Source: an uncultured archaeon (lineage in GTDB: Archaea; Asgardarchaeota; Lokiarchaeia; Sigyniarchaeales; SOKP01). From it: a stretch of DNA of 14,095 nt. The stretch is from positions 1 through 14,095 of the forward strand of contig CAZDTP010000078.1 in assembly GCA_964508365.1 (NCBI GenBank). Direction: 5' to 3'. Position 1 is the stretch's first letter. Every line of letters starts with the position of its first letter. The notes under the pieces are model-generated. The model was not told where the DNA came from. It saw only the letters and a list, made by a program, of their open reading frames with translations, and ran no database searches. The translations under genes and the position numbers were made by a program. This document shows, piece after piece, positions 1-7,389 of the stretch.

Positions 1-624
1 GTATTAATAAAATTAGAGCACATAGGATATGCGAATGCATTCAAAAGTGTAACTATAATAGTAAATCCAATTCAAACAAATGCAGATGCAAATGTATCTA
101 TTGTAAATGCTTATTTTAATGAGGTAATTGATCTAAAAGTCAACTACACGATTGAAGGTTCAAATGAATTAATTTCCGGGGCTATTTGCAGCGTAGAATG
201 GCAAGGAGCGTCTAATATTGTTTCTGTTGCTGATGGGTTTATTATACATCTTGATACATATGGCCTTTCCATTAGTGAATATACCGTATTAATAAAATTA
301 GAGCACATAGGATATGCGAATGCATTCAAAAGTGTAACTATAATAGTAAATCCAATTCAAACAAATGCAGATGTAAATAATTCTATTGTAAATGCTTATT
401 TAAATGAGGTTATAAATCTAAAAGTCAACTACACGATTGAAGGTTCAAATGAATTAATTTCTGGGGCCAATTGCAGCGTTGAATGGCAGGGAGCATCCTT
501 TATCGTTTCTGTTGCTGATGGGTTTATTATACATCTTGATACATATGGCCTTTCCATTAGTGAATATACCGTATTAATAAAATTAGAGCACATAGGATAT
601 GCGAATGCATTCAAAAGTGTAACT
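1..624 (+). repeat. Intragenic tandem repeat, 285-bp (95-aa) period, two full copies plus a 54-bp third start
   Basis: gtattaataaaattagagcac starts at 1, 286 and 571. Copies 1-285 and 286-570 differ at 18 positions by my manual count. Confidence 0.97.
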
Positions 625-2130
625 GTAACAATCAGCGAACAGAATGTAAATCTCAAAGTTGCTATCAATTCATTTGAAGTTAGTGAGAATTTCTTGGTTG
701 CAACCTATTATAATAAGGTGATAACATTATCATGTAGGGCATATGCTGTGTTTGAGCAAATATATTTATCTGGAGGCACAATAACCTTTATTAATGAGCA
801 ATATGAGCAAAGTTTAGTAAAGTACGATAATTCTTGGTTTAACACCTCAATTTCAATATCAACTTCTATCTTTTCATTAGGGATTAATTATGTATATATT
901 AAATTTCAGCAAGATAATTATACTACTACAACTTTTTCTTTCCAAATTTTAGTTAATCAAATAGAATTTGACGTTCAAACTATTGATTTTCAAGATTCGA
1001 TCGAAGTAAATCCTGGAGATAAAAAACAAATAAGAATTAACTTAACTGAATTTGGAACAATGAATTTCATTGAAAATGCCACAATTTCTTATTCATGGGA
1101 TTTTGGACTAGGAATCTTTGAGGAAATTGGAGATGGAATTTATGAGTTGGAGCTTGTTATTCCAGAAAATAGTCGTGGAAATCATAAAATTACATTGATA
1201 ATCTTAAAAGAAGGAGCCGTTTATAAAACAACACTATATTCATTTCTCGTGGTAATTAAAGAACCAGAATTTCCTGTGTATATAATATGGATTATAATCT
1301 TAATTTCAGCTGCAATAATAAGTATTTTAAGTATCTTTAGTCTAAGAGCATATATTTTTTTACCTAAGAAAAAGAAAAGAGATTTAGATTTACAACAAAG
1401 AATTCAATTATTTAAAGATGTTTGGAATATCCAAAATTTTCTTGTTAGCCATAAAACTAGTGGTCTTCTAATATACAATAAATTTATCTCTATTTTCAAA
1501 AACCAAAATGAACAGATTATCTCAGGGTTCATTCAAGCTTTAAACATTTTTAGTGAATCGTTGATTGGCGGAGATACATTAGTAAAAAAAATAAAGGTCG
1601 CTCAAGATAAATATTTAAAAAATGTATTCGAATTAGACTTTAAATACTTTCATCTTATTGTTTGTGAATATAAAGCAATTAGGGCTATAATAATTGCTAA
1701 AGAAAGAAGTTCTAATAGATTAAAAAAACAACTTTATCTTCTTACAGTTGCTATATATGAACAGTTTCCTGAACAATTAGAACATTTTGATGGTCAAATA
1801 ACCCCATTCAAAGATAGAATAGATGTTCTCTTAAATCAATTCTTGTTTTTATATTACGATGAACCGTTTTCATTAACAAATAATGAATTACTTTTAAGCA
1901 AAAATAAGAATTCTGGAGATTTAACTACAATGGAAACAAGAATAATTAATGTTATCTTATCAGAATTTAAATCTGAAAAATCTTTTAGATTGTTTACTTT
2001 AATAGGTTTCGTACATGAAGAAAATAAGGATTTAGTTTTAGATGGGATAAGATCTTTAATTAATAGAAAAATTTTGGTTAGTCCAAATTTAAATAATTTA
2101 AGTCCAAAAATCAACAACAGTTTTAAATAG
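1..2130 (+). CDS. 5'-partial single-pass membrane/surface protein: tandem ~95-aa Ig-like repeats, TM helix, cytoplasmic longin-like domain and C-terminal winged-helix-like segment
   Basis: Frame +1 is open from base 1 (VLIKLEHIGYANAFKSV...) and runs into the track ORF 694-2130, so the TTG at 694 is not the start. Beta-rich repeats carry 9 N-x-S/T sequons. A hydrophobic TM at about 1276-1344 is followed by PKKKKR. After it come FLVSHKTSGLLIY...IISGFIQALNIFSE...FDG, which has the look of Asgard longin domains. Confidence 0.85.
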   Translation, partial: VLIKLEHIGYANAFKSVTIIVNPIQTNADANVSIVNAYFNEVIDLKVNYTIEGSNELISGAICSVEWQGASNIVSVADGFIIHLDTYGLSISEYTVLIKLEHIGYANAFKSVTIIVNPIQTNADVNNSIVNAYLNEVINLKVNYTIEGSNELISGANCSVEWQGASFIVSVADGFIIHLDTYGLSISEYTVLIKLEHIGYANAFKSVTVTISEQNVNLKVAINSFEVSENFLVATYYNKVITLSCRAYAVFEQIYLSGGTITFINEQYEQSLVKYDNSWFNTSISISTSIFSLGINYVYIKFQQDNYTTTTFSFQILVNQIEFDVQTIDFQDSIEVNPGDKKQIRINLTEFGTMNFIENATISYSWDFGLGIFEEIGDGIYELELVIPENSRGNHKITLIILKEGAVYKTTLYSFLVVIKEPEFPVYIIWIIILISAAIISILSIFSLRAYIFLPKKKKRDLDLQQRIQLFKDVWNIQNFLVSHKTSGLLIYNKFISIFKNQNEQIISGFIQALNIFSESLIGGDTLVKKIKVAQDKYLKNVFELDFKYFHLIVCEYKAIRAIIIAKERSSNRLKKQLYLLTVAIYEQFPEQLEHFDGQITPFKDRIDVLLNQFLFLYYDEPFSLTNNELLLSKNKNSGDLTTMETRIINVILSEFKSEKSFRLFTLIGFVHEENKDLVLDGIRSLINRKILVSPNLNNLSPKINNSFK

Positions 2131-2201
2131 AACAAACAAAGAAAAAAATGAGAACTTAAAAAAAATATTTCTTTTTTATTTGATTTTAAAAAATTTTTTA
2201 T
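2131..2201. terminator. Probable bidirectional oligo-T terminator region between convergent genes
   Basis: A-runs followed by T-runs (aaagaaaaaaat...tttcttttttattt) between two convergent stop codons. Confidence 0.5.
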
Positions 2202-2972
2202 TTATTTGAACCCTTGACAGAAAGAGTTCACATTTTTAGGTAATACTTCGTGATTATAACCCCCCTCTAAAAGCGCATATCTCCGCCCTTCGCATAGCTT
2301 TTCAGAATATTGTTTCATTAATTGCCCTAATTCAGAATAATCTTCAGGATATAAAAGGTGTCCCCAGTCATGAATCCCTTGATCAAACCCAGCAGATGCA
2401 ACAAAAATATCAATATTATCTAATTCTTCCATATAGTTCTGAACTTCTTTAAGATAATTTGACCTTCCACTCGAATCAGGGTTGAGAATTTTGACTCTAA
2501 AATCATCATCTCTGAATGTTAAGATATTTATATTCCCATCGCCAGTGTGTAGATCGAAATCTAGAACGAAAGCTGATTTAATTTTACCCTCTGAATACAG
2601 TTTTAATAGACTTATGCTTATATTATTGAAGTAGCAGAAACCCCAGCACGAATCTGATGATGCGTGATGACCTGGAGGTCGAATAACAGCAAAAGTAGGA
2701 TTGCCATCGTAAGCTTCTTCTGCTGCTAAAATTGCTCCTCCAGCTGAAAGTGAAGCAAGTTCTAACAATAGAGTGTCTCGCTGAACGTAACTGAGATGCC
2801 GTTCAGAGTGAGCTCTTAAGATATCCTCTCTTGTGGCAGGATTTGGTTCGATAAACTCATAATCTTCATTTTTCGATAGTATGTCGATTATCCCTTCTAA
2901 GCGCCCAGGAGTTGCTGCTGGGTCCATAGCATAACTTGAATTTAAATATTTTTTATGAAATACAATCTTCAT
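2202..2972 (-). CDS. Histone deacetylase family (class II/AcuC-like) Zn-dependent amidohydrolase
   Basis: Motifs RPPGHHA, GFCYFNN, DFDLHTGDG (Zn ligands), SAGFD and EGGY (catalytic Tyr). I prefer the ATG at 2972 (MKIVFH) over the GTG at 2984. Confidence 0.93.
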   Translation of the reverse strand: MKIVFHKKYLNSSYAMDPAATPGRLEGIIDILSKNEDYEFIEPNPATREDILRAHSERHLSYVQRDTLLLELASLSAGGAILAAEEAYDGNPTFAVIRPPGHHASSDSCWGFCYFNNISISLLKLYSEGKIKSAFVLDFDLHTGDGNINILTFRDDDFRVKILNPDSSGRSNYLKEVQNYMEELDNIDIFVASAGFDQGIHDWGHLLYPEDYSELGQLMKQYSEKLCEGRRYALLEGGYNHEVLPKNVNSFCQGFK

Positions 2973-3051
2973 TAAAGATCTCACTTAATAAAATTCACTT
3001 GTAAAAATACTAGATTATCAAAAAGAAAATAGGAATTATGGTTTATAACCT

Positions 3052-3999
3052 TTATAATCTTTTACTTAATATTTCTATCATATCTTTTGTCATAGTTTCT
3101 AAGTCATACTGAGGTTTCCAACCCCACTCTTCTCGTGCAAGCGAGTCGTCAATTGTTTCTGGCCAAGAATCAGCAATTGCCTGTCGAAAGTCTGGTTTAT
3201 ATTCAATTTTAAAATCGGGAATGTGTTTCTTGATTTCTGCTGCGATTTCACCTGCAGAGAAACTTATTCCTGTTAAATTATAAACGCGGCGTTTTAATTT
3301 TGAATTATCTGCTTCAAGAAGATCTATCATACACTTGTTGCAATCTGGCATGTATAACATAGGCAGTACAGTATCTTCTCTTAGAAAGCAAGTATATTTT
3401 TTGTTTTTGATAGCTTCATAGAAAATTTCCACAGCGTAGTCCGTGGTTCCGCCTCCGGGTAATGTTTCACTGCTTATTATGCCTGGTAATCTCATGGATC
3501 TTATATCAAGGTTGTACTTATTGTAATAGTATTCTGCTAAGAGTTCTCCCGCTACTTTGGTTATACCATACATCGTAGTCGGTTGCAGTATTGTAGTATT
3601 AGGTGTATTCTCTCTGGGTGTTGTAGGACCAAAAGCAGCTATTGAGCTAGGCCATATGACTCTGTCAATTTTATAATTTCTTGCGACTTCCAGTACATTA
3701 ATTAAACCGTTTAAATTTATATCCCAAGCTGTTTGAGGCATTTTCTCTCCCGTAGCTGATAAAATTGAAGCCATGTGAAAGATTGTATCAATTTTATAAT
3801 CAAAAATAACTTTGGCTATAGAATTTTTGTCTAAGGCATCCAAATAGATGACTGGTCCCGACTTTTTAATAGCTTCGGGAAGTGGTGTTTTCCTACCAGT
3901 GGCTATAACATTTTCTCCACCGTATTTTTTTCTTAACGCTGGAACAAGCTCAGATCCTATCTGCCCGGCCGAACCAATTACAAGTATTTTTCTACTCAT
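3052..3999 (-). CDS. tdh: L-threonine 3-dehydrogenase, SDR/NAD-dependent epimerase type
   Basis: GSAGQIG Rossmann motif, YGITK (YxxxK) and PGGGTTDYA, which is characteristic of SDR-type ThrDH. It lies divergent from kbl. Alternative starts are 4005 and 4008. Confidence 0.88.
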   Translation of the reverse strand: MSRKILVIGSAGQIGSELVPALRKKYGGENVIATGRKTPLPEAIKKSGPVIYLDALDKNSIAKVIFDYKIDTIFHMASILSATGEKMPQTAWDINLNGLINVLEVARNYKIDRVIWPSSIAAFGPTTPRENTPNTTILQPTTMYGITKVAGELLAEYYYNKYNLDIRSMRLPGIISSETLPGGGTTDYAVEIFYEAIKNKKYTCFLREDTVLPMLYMPDCNKCMIDLLEADNSKLKRRVYNLTGISFSAGEIAAEIKKHIPDFKIEYKPDFRQAIADSWPETIDDSLAREEWGWKPQYDLETMTKDMIEILSKRL

Positions 4000-4197
4000 A
4001 TTCATCAATTATCATATTTATAAATCTGTGTAAATATAATGACATTCATAAGTCACCCAATTAAAAAAGGTTTATCCATTTTTCTCCCACTTTAAACCCT
4101 TTTATTTGTTATAGGAAAAACTAATATAGGTTTCTATATAGACTTAATTTATTAATTTACTCACATATTTCAAAAAAATTTAAGGTGATATGAAGAT
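4000..4197. promoter_or_regulatory. Divergent promoter region tdh/kbl
   Basis: TTTATAAA at 4017-4024 is at TATA distance from the tdh ATG at 3999, suggesting a leaderless transcript. AGGTGA at 4183-4188 is an archaeal-type RBS 9 nt before the kbl ATG. Confidence 0.55.
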
Positions 4198-5385
4198 ATG
4201 AAGAGAGATCCAGTTGCTTTTCTTAAGGAGGATATGACCGAATTGAGAGGCAACAACCTTGAATGGGTTATTCGATATTTAGAAGGAGGTTCTAAGCCAC
4301 ACTGTATTGTAAATGGAAAAGAAGTACTGATGCTTAATACAAATAATTATTTGGGATTAGCTACACATCCAAAAATTATTCAGGCAGCAATTAACGCTAC
4401 TAAAAAATATGGGGCAGGAGCAGGGGCAGTTCCAGTAATTGCTGGGAGTTTTGATTTAACCCGTGAATTTCAAGAAAAATTTGCTAAATATAAAGAAGTT
4501 GAAGCATCGCTCTTATGTCAGACAGGATTTGCAGTTAATTCGGGATTAATTCCAATGTTGGTTGGAAAGCCCGATATAGTTGTCTCAGACGAATTAAACC
4601 ATGGTTCTATTATTGATGGTGTAAGATTGTCTGGTGCGAAGCGGGTTATTTATAAACATAGAGATATTTCAGATTTAGAAAAACAATTAAAAGAAGCTGA
4701 AAAAGATGGAGCAAGAAGAATCTGTATCATAACAGATGGAGTCTTTAGCATGGATGGAGATATGGCTCCTTTAGATAAGATTGTAGATGTAGCAGAAGAC
4801 TATGGAGCGATGATATTCGTGGATGATTGCCATGGCGAAGGCATTCTTGGAGAAGGTAAAGGGATAGTCGCACATTTCAATTTGCAAGGAAAAGTTCATG
4901 TGGAAGGAGGCTCAATGAGCAAAGGTTTCGGAGTATTTGGCGGTACAGTTGCAGGTTCTAAGGATTTAATTGAATTCTGTAAGAACAAAAGTAGAACATA
5001 TTTATTAAGTACAGCGCACCCACCTGGAATAGTAGCAGCTAACATCGCTTCGATAGAAGTTGTTGAAAACGAACCTCAGCATGTTAAAGCAGTCTGGGAA
5101 CACACTAACTATTTCAAGAAAGAAGTTCAAAACATGGGATACGACACTGGAAGATCAGAAACACCAATCATTCCTTTGATTATTGGTGATCCTGGTAAAG
5201 CTCAAGAACTCGCAAGACTCCTGTTCGAAGAAGAAAATATCTATGGCACACCAATAGTCTTCCCTATGGTCGCAAGAGAACTTTCTAGAATTCGAGTTCA
5301 GATGAATGCATTATTAACAAAAGATGATTTAAACATGGCACTTAGTTCAATTGAAAAAGTTGGGAAAAAATTAAATATTATTTAA
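4198..5385 (+). CDS. kbl: Glycine C-acetyltransferase (2-amino-3-ketobutyrate CoA ligase), PLP class II aminotransferase fold
   Basis: Motifs NNYLGL, SDELNHGSIIDG, TDGVFSMDG, DDCHG and SMSKG (PLP Lys). Adjacency to threonine dehydrogenase favours Kbl over BioF. Confidence 0.87.
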   Translation: MKRDPVAFLKEDMTELRGNNLEWVIRYLEGGSKPHCIVNGKEVLMLNTNNYLGLATHPKIIQAAINATKKYGAGAGAVPVIAGSFDLTREFQEKFAKYKEVEASLLCQTGFAVNSGLIPMLVGKPDIVVSDELNHGSIIDGVRLSGAKRVIYKHRDISDLEKQLKEAEKDGARRICIITDGVFSMDGDMAPLDKIVDVAEDYGAMIFVDDCHGEGILGEGKGIVAHFNLQGKVHVEGGSMSKGFGVFGGTVAGSKDLIEFCKNKSRTYLLSTAHPPGIVAANIASIEVVENEPQHVKAVWEHTNYFKKEVQNMGYDTGRSETPIIPLIIGDPGKAQELARLLFEEENIYGTPIVFPMVARELSRIRVQMNALLTKDDLNMALSSIEKVGKKLNII

Positions 5386-5443
5386 TTATTCTTTATTTTA
5401 TTCTTTATACTTAGACAAAAGGGATATGTCAGGAAAATTCATT

Positions 5444-5474
5444 AAAAAATAGAAATCCTATTTTTTTCTTTTTT
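5444..5474. terminator. Hairpin plus oligo-T, probable bidirectional terminator
   Basis: AAAAAATAG (5444-5452) / CTATTTTTT (5458-5466) form a 9-bp stem with a 5-nt loop, followed by a T-run, between convergent genes. Confidence 0.55.
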
Positions 5475-5562
5475 TTAAAGAGATATTAGCAACTTCTTAT
5501 TTTTTGCCCCAAAAAAACCCATACTGTGAAATTATTTAATTATTTTGCTCTTTATTTCTTAA

Positions 5563-6147
5563 TTATAATGGTTTGGCTAAGATTGCTTTTACTCTAAGAT
5601 TCTTAAAGTCACTCGTTGGAGCGGGTTTAATTAAACAAACGGTATCAGCACCACTACCAGTACCTCCTACTGCGATTATGTCTCTTTCAAGGTCGGGAAT
5701 TAGTCCTGCATCGCAAATTGTAGCCGATATCTCTATACATACCTTAACTCCTTGACTGAAGTGGTATCCTAACATCTTAGCTAATAAATCAACAAATTGC
5801 CAAGCTTCTTTATTCAATCTTATTCCTCTTTCAATGCCACTCATTGAATGTGTCCCAATATGAAATTTTAAGCCAAGTTTCTTAAGGCTATTTATATTTT
5901 CTTCCAGAAATTCTTGTCTTATTTTATTATTTACAAAATAGTAGGCATGGGTCACAATCATTATGTTATAATCCTTTGGGTTAAAAATTTCGGCAGCTTT
6001 TTCAGCAGTTGTTCCTGTGGTACTGGCAATGACGATATCCTTTATACCAAACTGATCTGCATATTTTTTTGCTATTTTCAAAGCCTTCTCTGTATTTTGA
6101 GATCCACTCTTCTCAAAATATGTTACTTCTAAATTCAAATCTGTCAT
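5563..6147 (-). CDS. Stand-alone pyruvate kinase C-terminal (alpha/beta, PK_C) domain protein, MTH1675-like
   Basis: Motifs IVIASTTGTTA, GVKVCIEISATICDAGLIP, IIAVGGTGSGADT and terminal AKP. An AAGGAG RBS lies at 6165-6160. Confidence 0.85.
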   Translation of the reverse strand: MTDLNLEVTYFEKSGSQNTEKALKIAKKYADQFGIKDIVIASTTGTTAEKAAEIFNPKDYNIMIVTHAYYFVNNKIRQEFLEENINSLKKLGLKFHIGTHSMSGIERGIRLNKEAWQFVDLLAKMLGYHFSQGVKVCIEISATICDAGLIPDLERDIIAVGGTGSGADTVCLIKPAPTSDFKNLRVKAILAKPL

Positions 6148-6285
6148 TTTTTAAGTAAACTCCTTTATTTATTTAGCATATAGAAATAATTATGTTTTAT
6201 GTAATTATCTATTTTAAAATTCCTGAATTTTTCTTTGAATTTAAAGACAAATTACCAAAAAAAGAAAAATGTGGTATAGAAATAC

Positions 6286-7083
6286 TTATTTAATTTTTTT
6301 AGCTTCCTCAATCCAATCTTCTATCATTTGTAATGTTGGAGGTTTTCTAAACATATCAGGTTTTTCTTTATCTAATTTCATCATGCGATCTAGAGTATTA
6401 TTTGGATTACGTTGAGCTAATTCTTTAACTGAGTCAATTCCAATTTCATTAATTAGTTCAGCATATTCAGGTCCGACACCATTAATTCTCATTAAATCTG
6501 CGTGTTCTGCCCATTTATCTATTAATTTTTCTGATATCTTAGTTTTTTCTGCTAATTTTTTAATTCCATCTCTGTCTAATCCTATTAAACTCTCAACATC
6601 AAGAAATCCTGCGGTTTCCATAGTTTTTCCGTATTTTTTACCGATTCCCTCAATCTCAATAATCGGGGTTTCCTTAGGATTTGTCTTAGTTTTCTGCACG
6701 TTATAGATTTCCATTGCCTCGCTAATCCAACCTTCAATTTCTTCAACTTTTGGTATTTTTCTAATAACATCAGGTTGCTTCTTGTCAAACGATATAATTT
6801 TATCTAAAGTATTCTTAGGATTTCGATAGGCAAGTTCTCTTGCAGAATCAATACCAATTTTGTTTAAAACTTCTGAATATTCGGGTCCAATACCTTTAAT
6901 TACCATTAATTCTGTTTGATCGTGCCATTTTTCAAGTAATTTTAAAGAAATGCTAGTTGTTTTAGCAAGTTCTTTAATTTCACTCCATTTTAACGGTATT
7001 AGGTCTTCAACATTTGCAATTGCAGCTTTTTCTAGAATCTTTGCATATTTTTCCCCAACGCCTTCAATCTCAATAATTTTCAT
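6286..7083 (-). CDS. DUF4332-family helix-hairpin-helix protein with two tandem domains
   Basis: Two copies of IIEIEG.G..Y ... W....L..I.G.GPEY....IGIDS..ELA.RNP, offset by 138 aa. Confidence 0.85.
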   Translation of the reverse strand: MKIIEIEGVGEKYAKILEKAAIANVEDLIPLKWSEIKELAKTTSISLKLLEKWHDQTELMVIKGIGPEYSEVLNKIGIDSARELAYRNPKNTLDKIISFDKKQPDVIRKIPKVEEIEGWISEAMEIYNVQKTKTNPKETPIIEIEGIGKKYGKTMETAGFLDVESLIGLDRDGIKKLAEKTKISEKLIDKWAEHADLMRINGVGPEYAELINEIGIDSVKELAQRNPNNTLDRMMKLDKEKPDMFRKPPTLQMIEDWIEEAKKIK

Positions 7084-7341
7084 AGTTTTTCTTCTCTTTT
7101 TCTTAAATTAGTTTTTTAATATTTGTAATATAAGTATCAATTCTATGTTTTAATATATTTGTTTCATTTTTTATAAAAACAGCATTTGAAATAGATTGTT
7201 TATAATTTTTAACCAAATTAATTCTATATAAACTTAGATGTAAGATATAATATAATTGAATATGATTAAAAGAGAGCTTCAGGGTTAAACTTTTAAGAGC
7301 TCTATATTAACTTTATTTAGGCATAATTTTAAATAAAATAT

Positions 7342-7355
7342 AATGTGATCACATT
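7342..7355. promoter_or_regulatory. Perfect 14-bp palindrome AATGTGATCACATT, candidate operator of the MFS gene
   Basis: Exact inverted symmetry. It lies just downstream of the TATA-like TTTAAATA (7328-7335) and 34 nt before the MFS ATG. Confidence 0.55.
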
Positions 7356-7389
7356 TAATTAAAATTTAAATATAATCTAGGTATCAAAA

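Noticed and set aside
1-624. Repeat array as CRISPR or as a DGR template/variable pair
   Set aside because: The units are 285 bp, in frame and without spacers. Mismatches are not confined to adenines of one copy, and no reverse transcriptase is in view.
144-668. Two near-identical minus-strand ORFs (144-329, 429-668)
   Set aside because: They are antisense shadows of the 285-bp coding repeat. Half of the differences between copies are synonymous in the plus frame.
694-696. TTG start of the first ORF given by the track
   Set aside because: The frame is open back to base 1, so the gene starts upstream of the window.
4198-5385. Alternative call as 8-amino-7-oxononanoate synthase (bioF) or serine palmitoyltransferase
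   Set aside because: Same fold, but the divergent pairing with threonine dehydrogenase and the absence of other bio genes favour Kbl. A phylogeny would settle it.
5480-5502. Weak similarity of minus-strand ataagaagttgcta to the kce tails
   Set aside because: Too short, and no kce-like translation in any frame.
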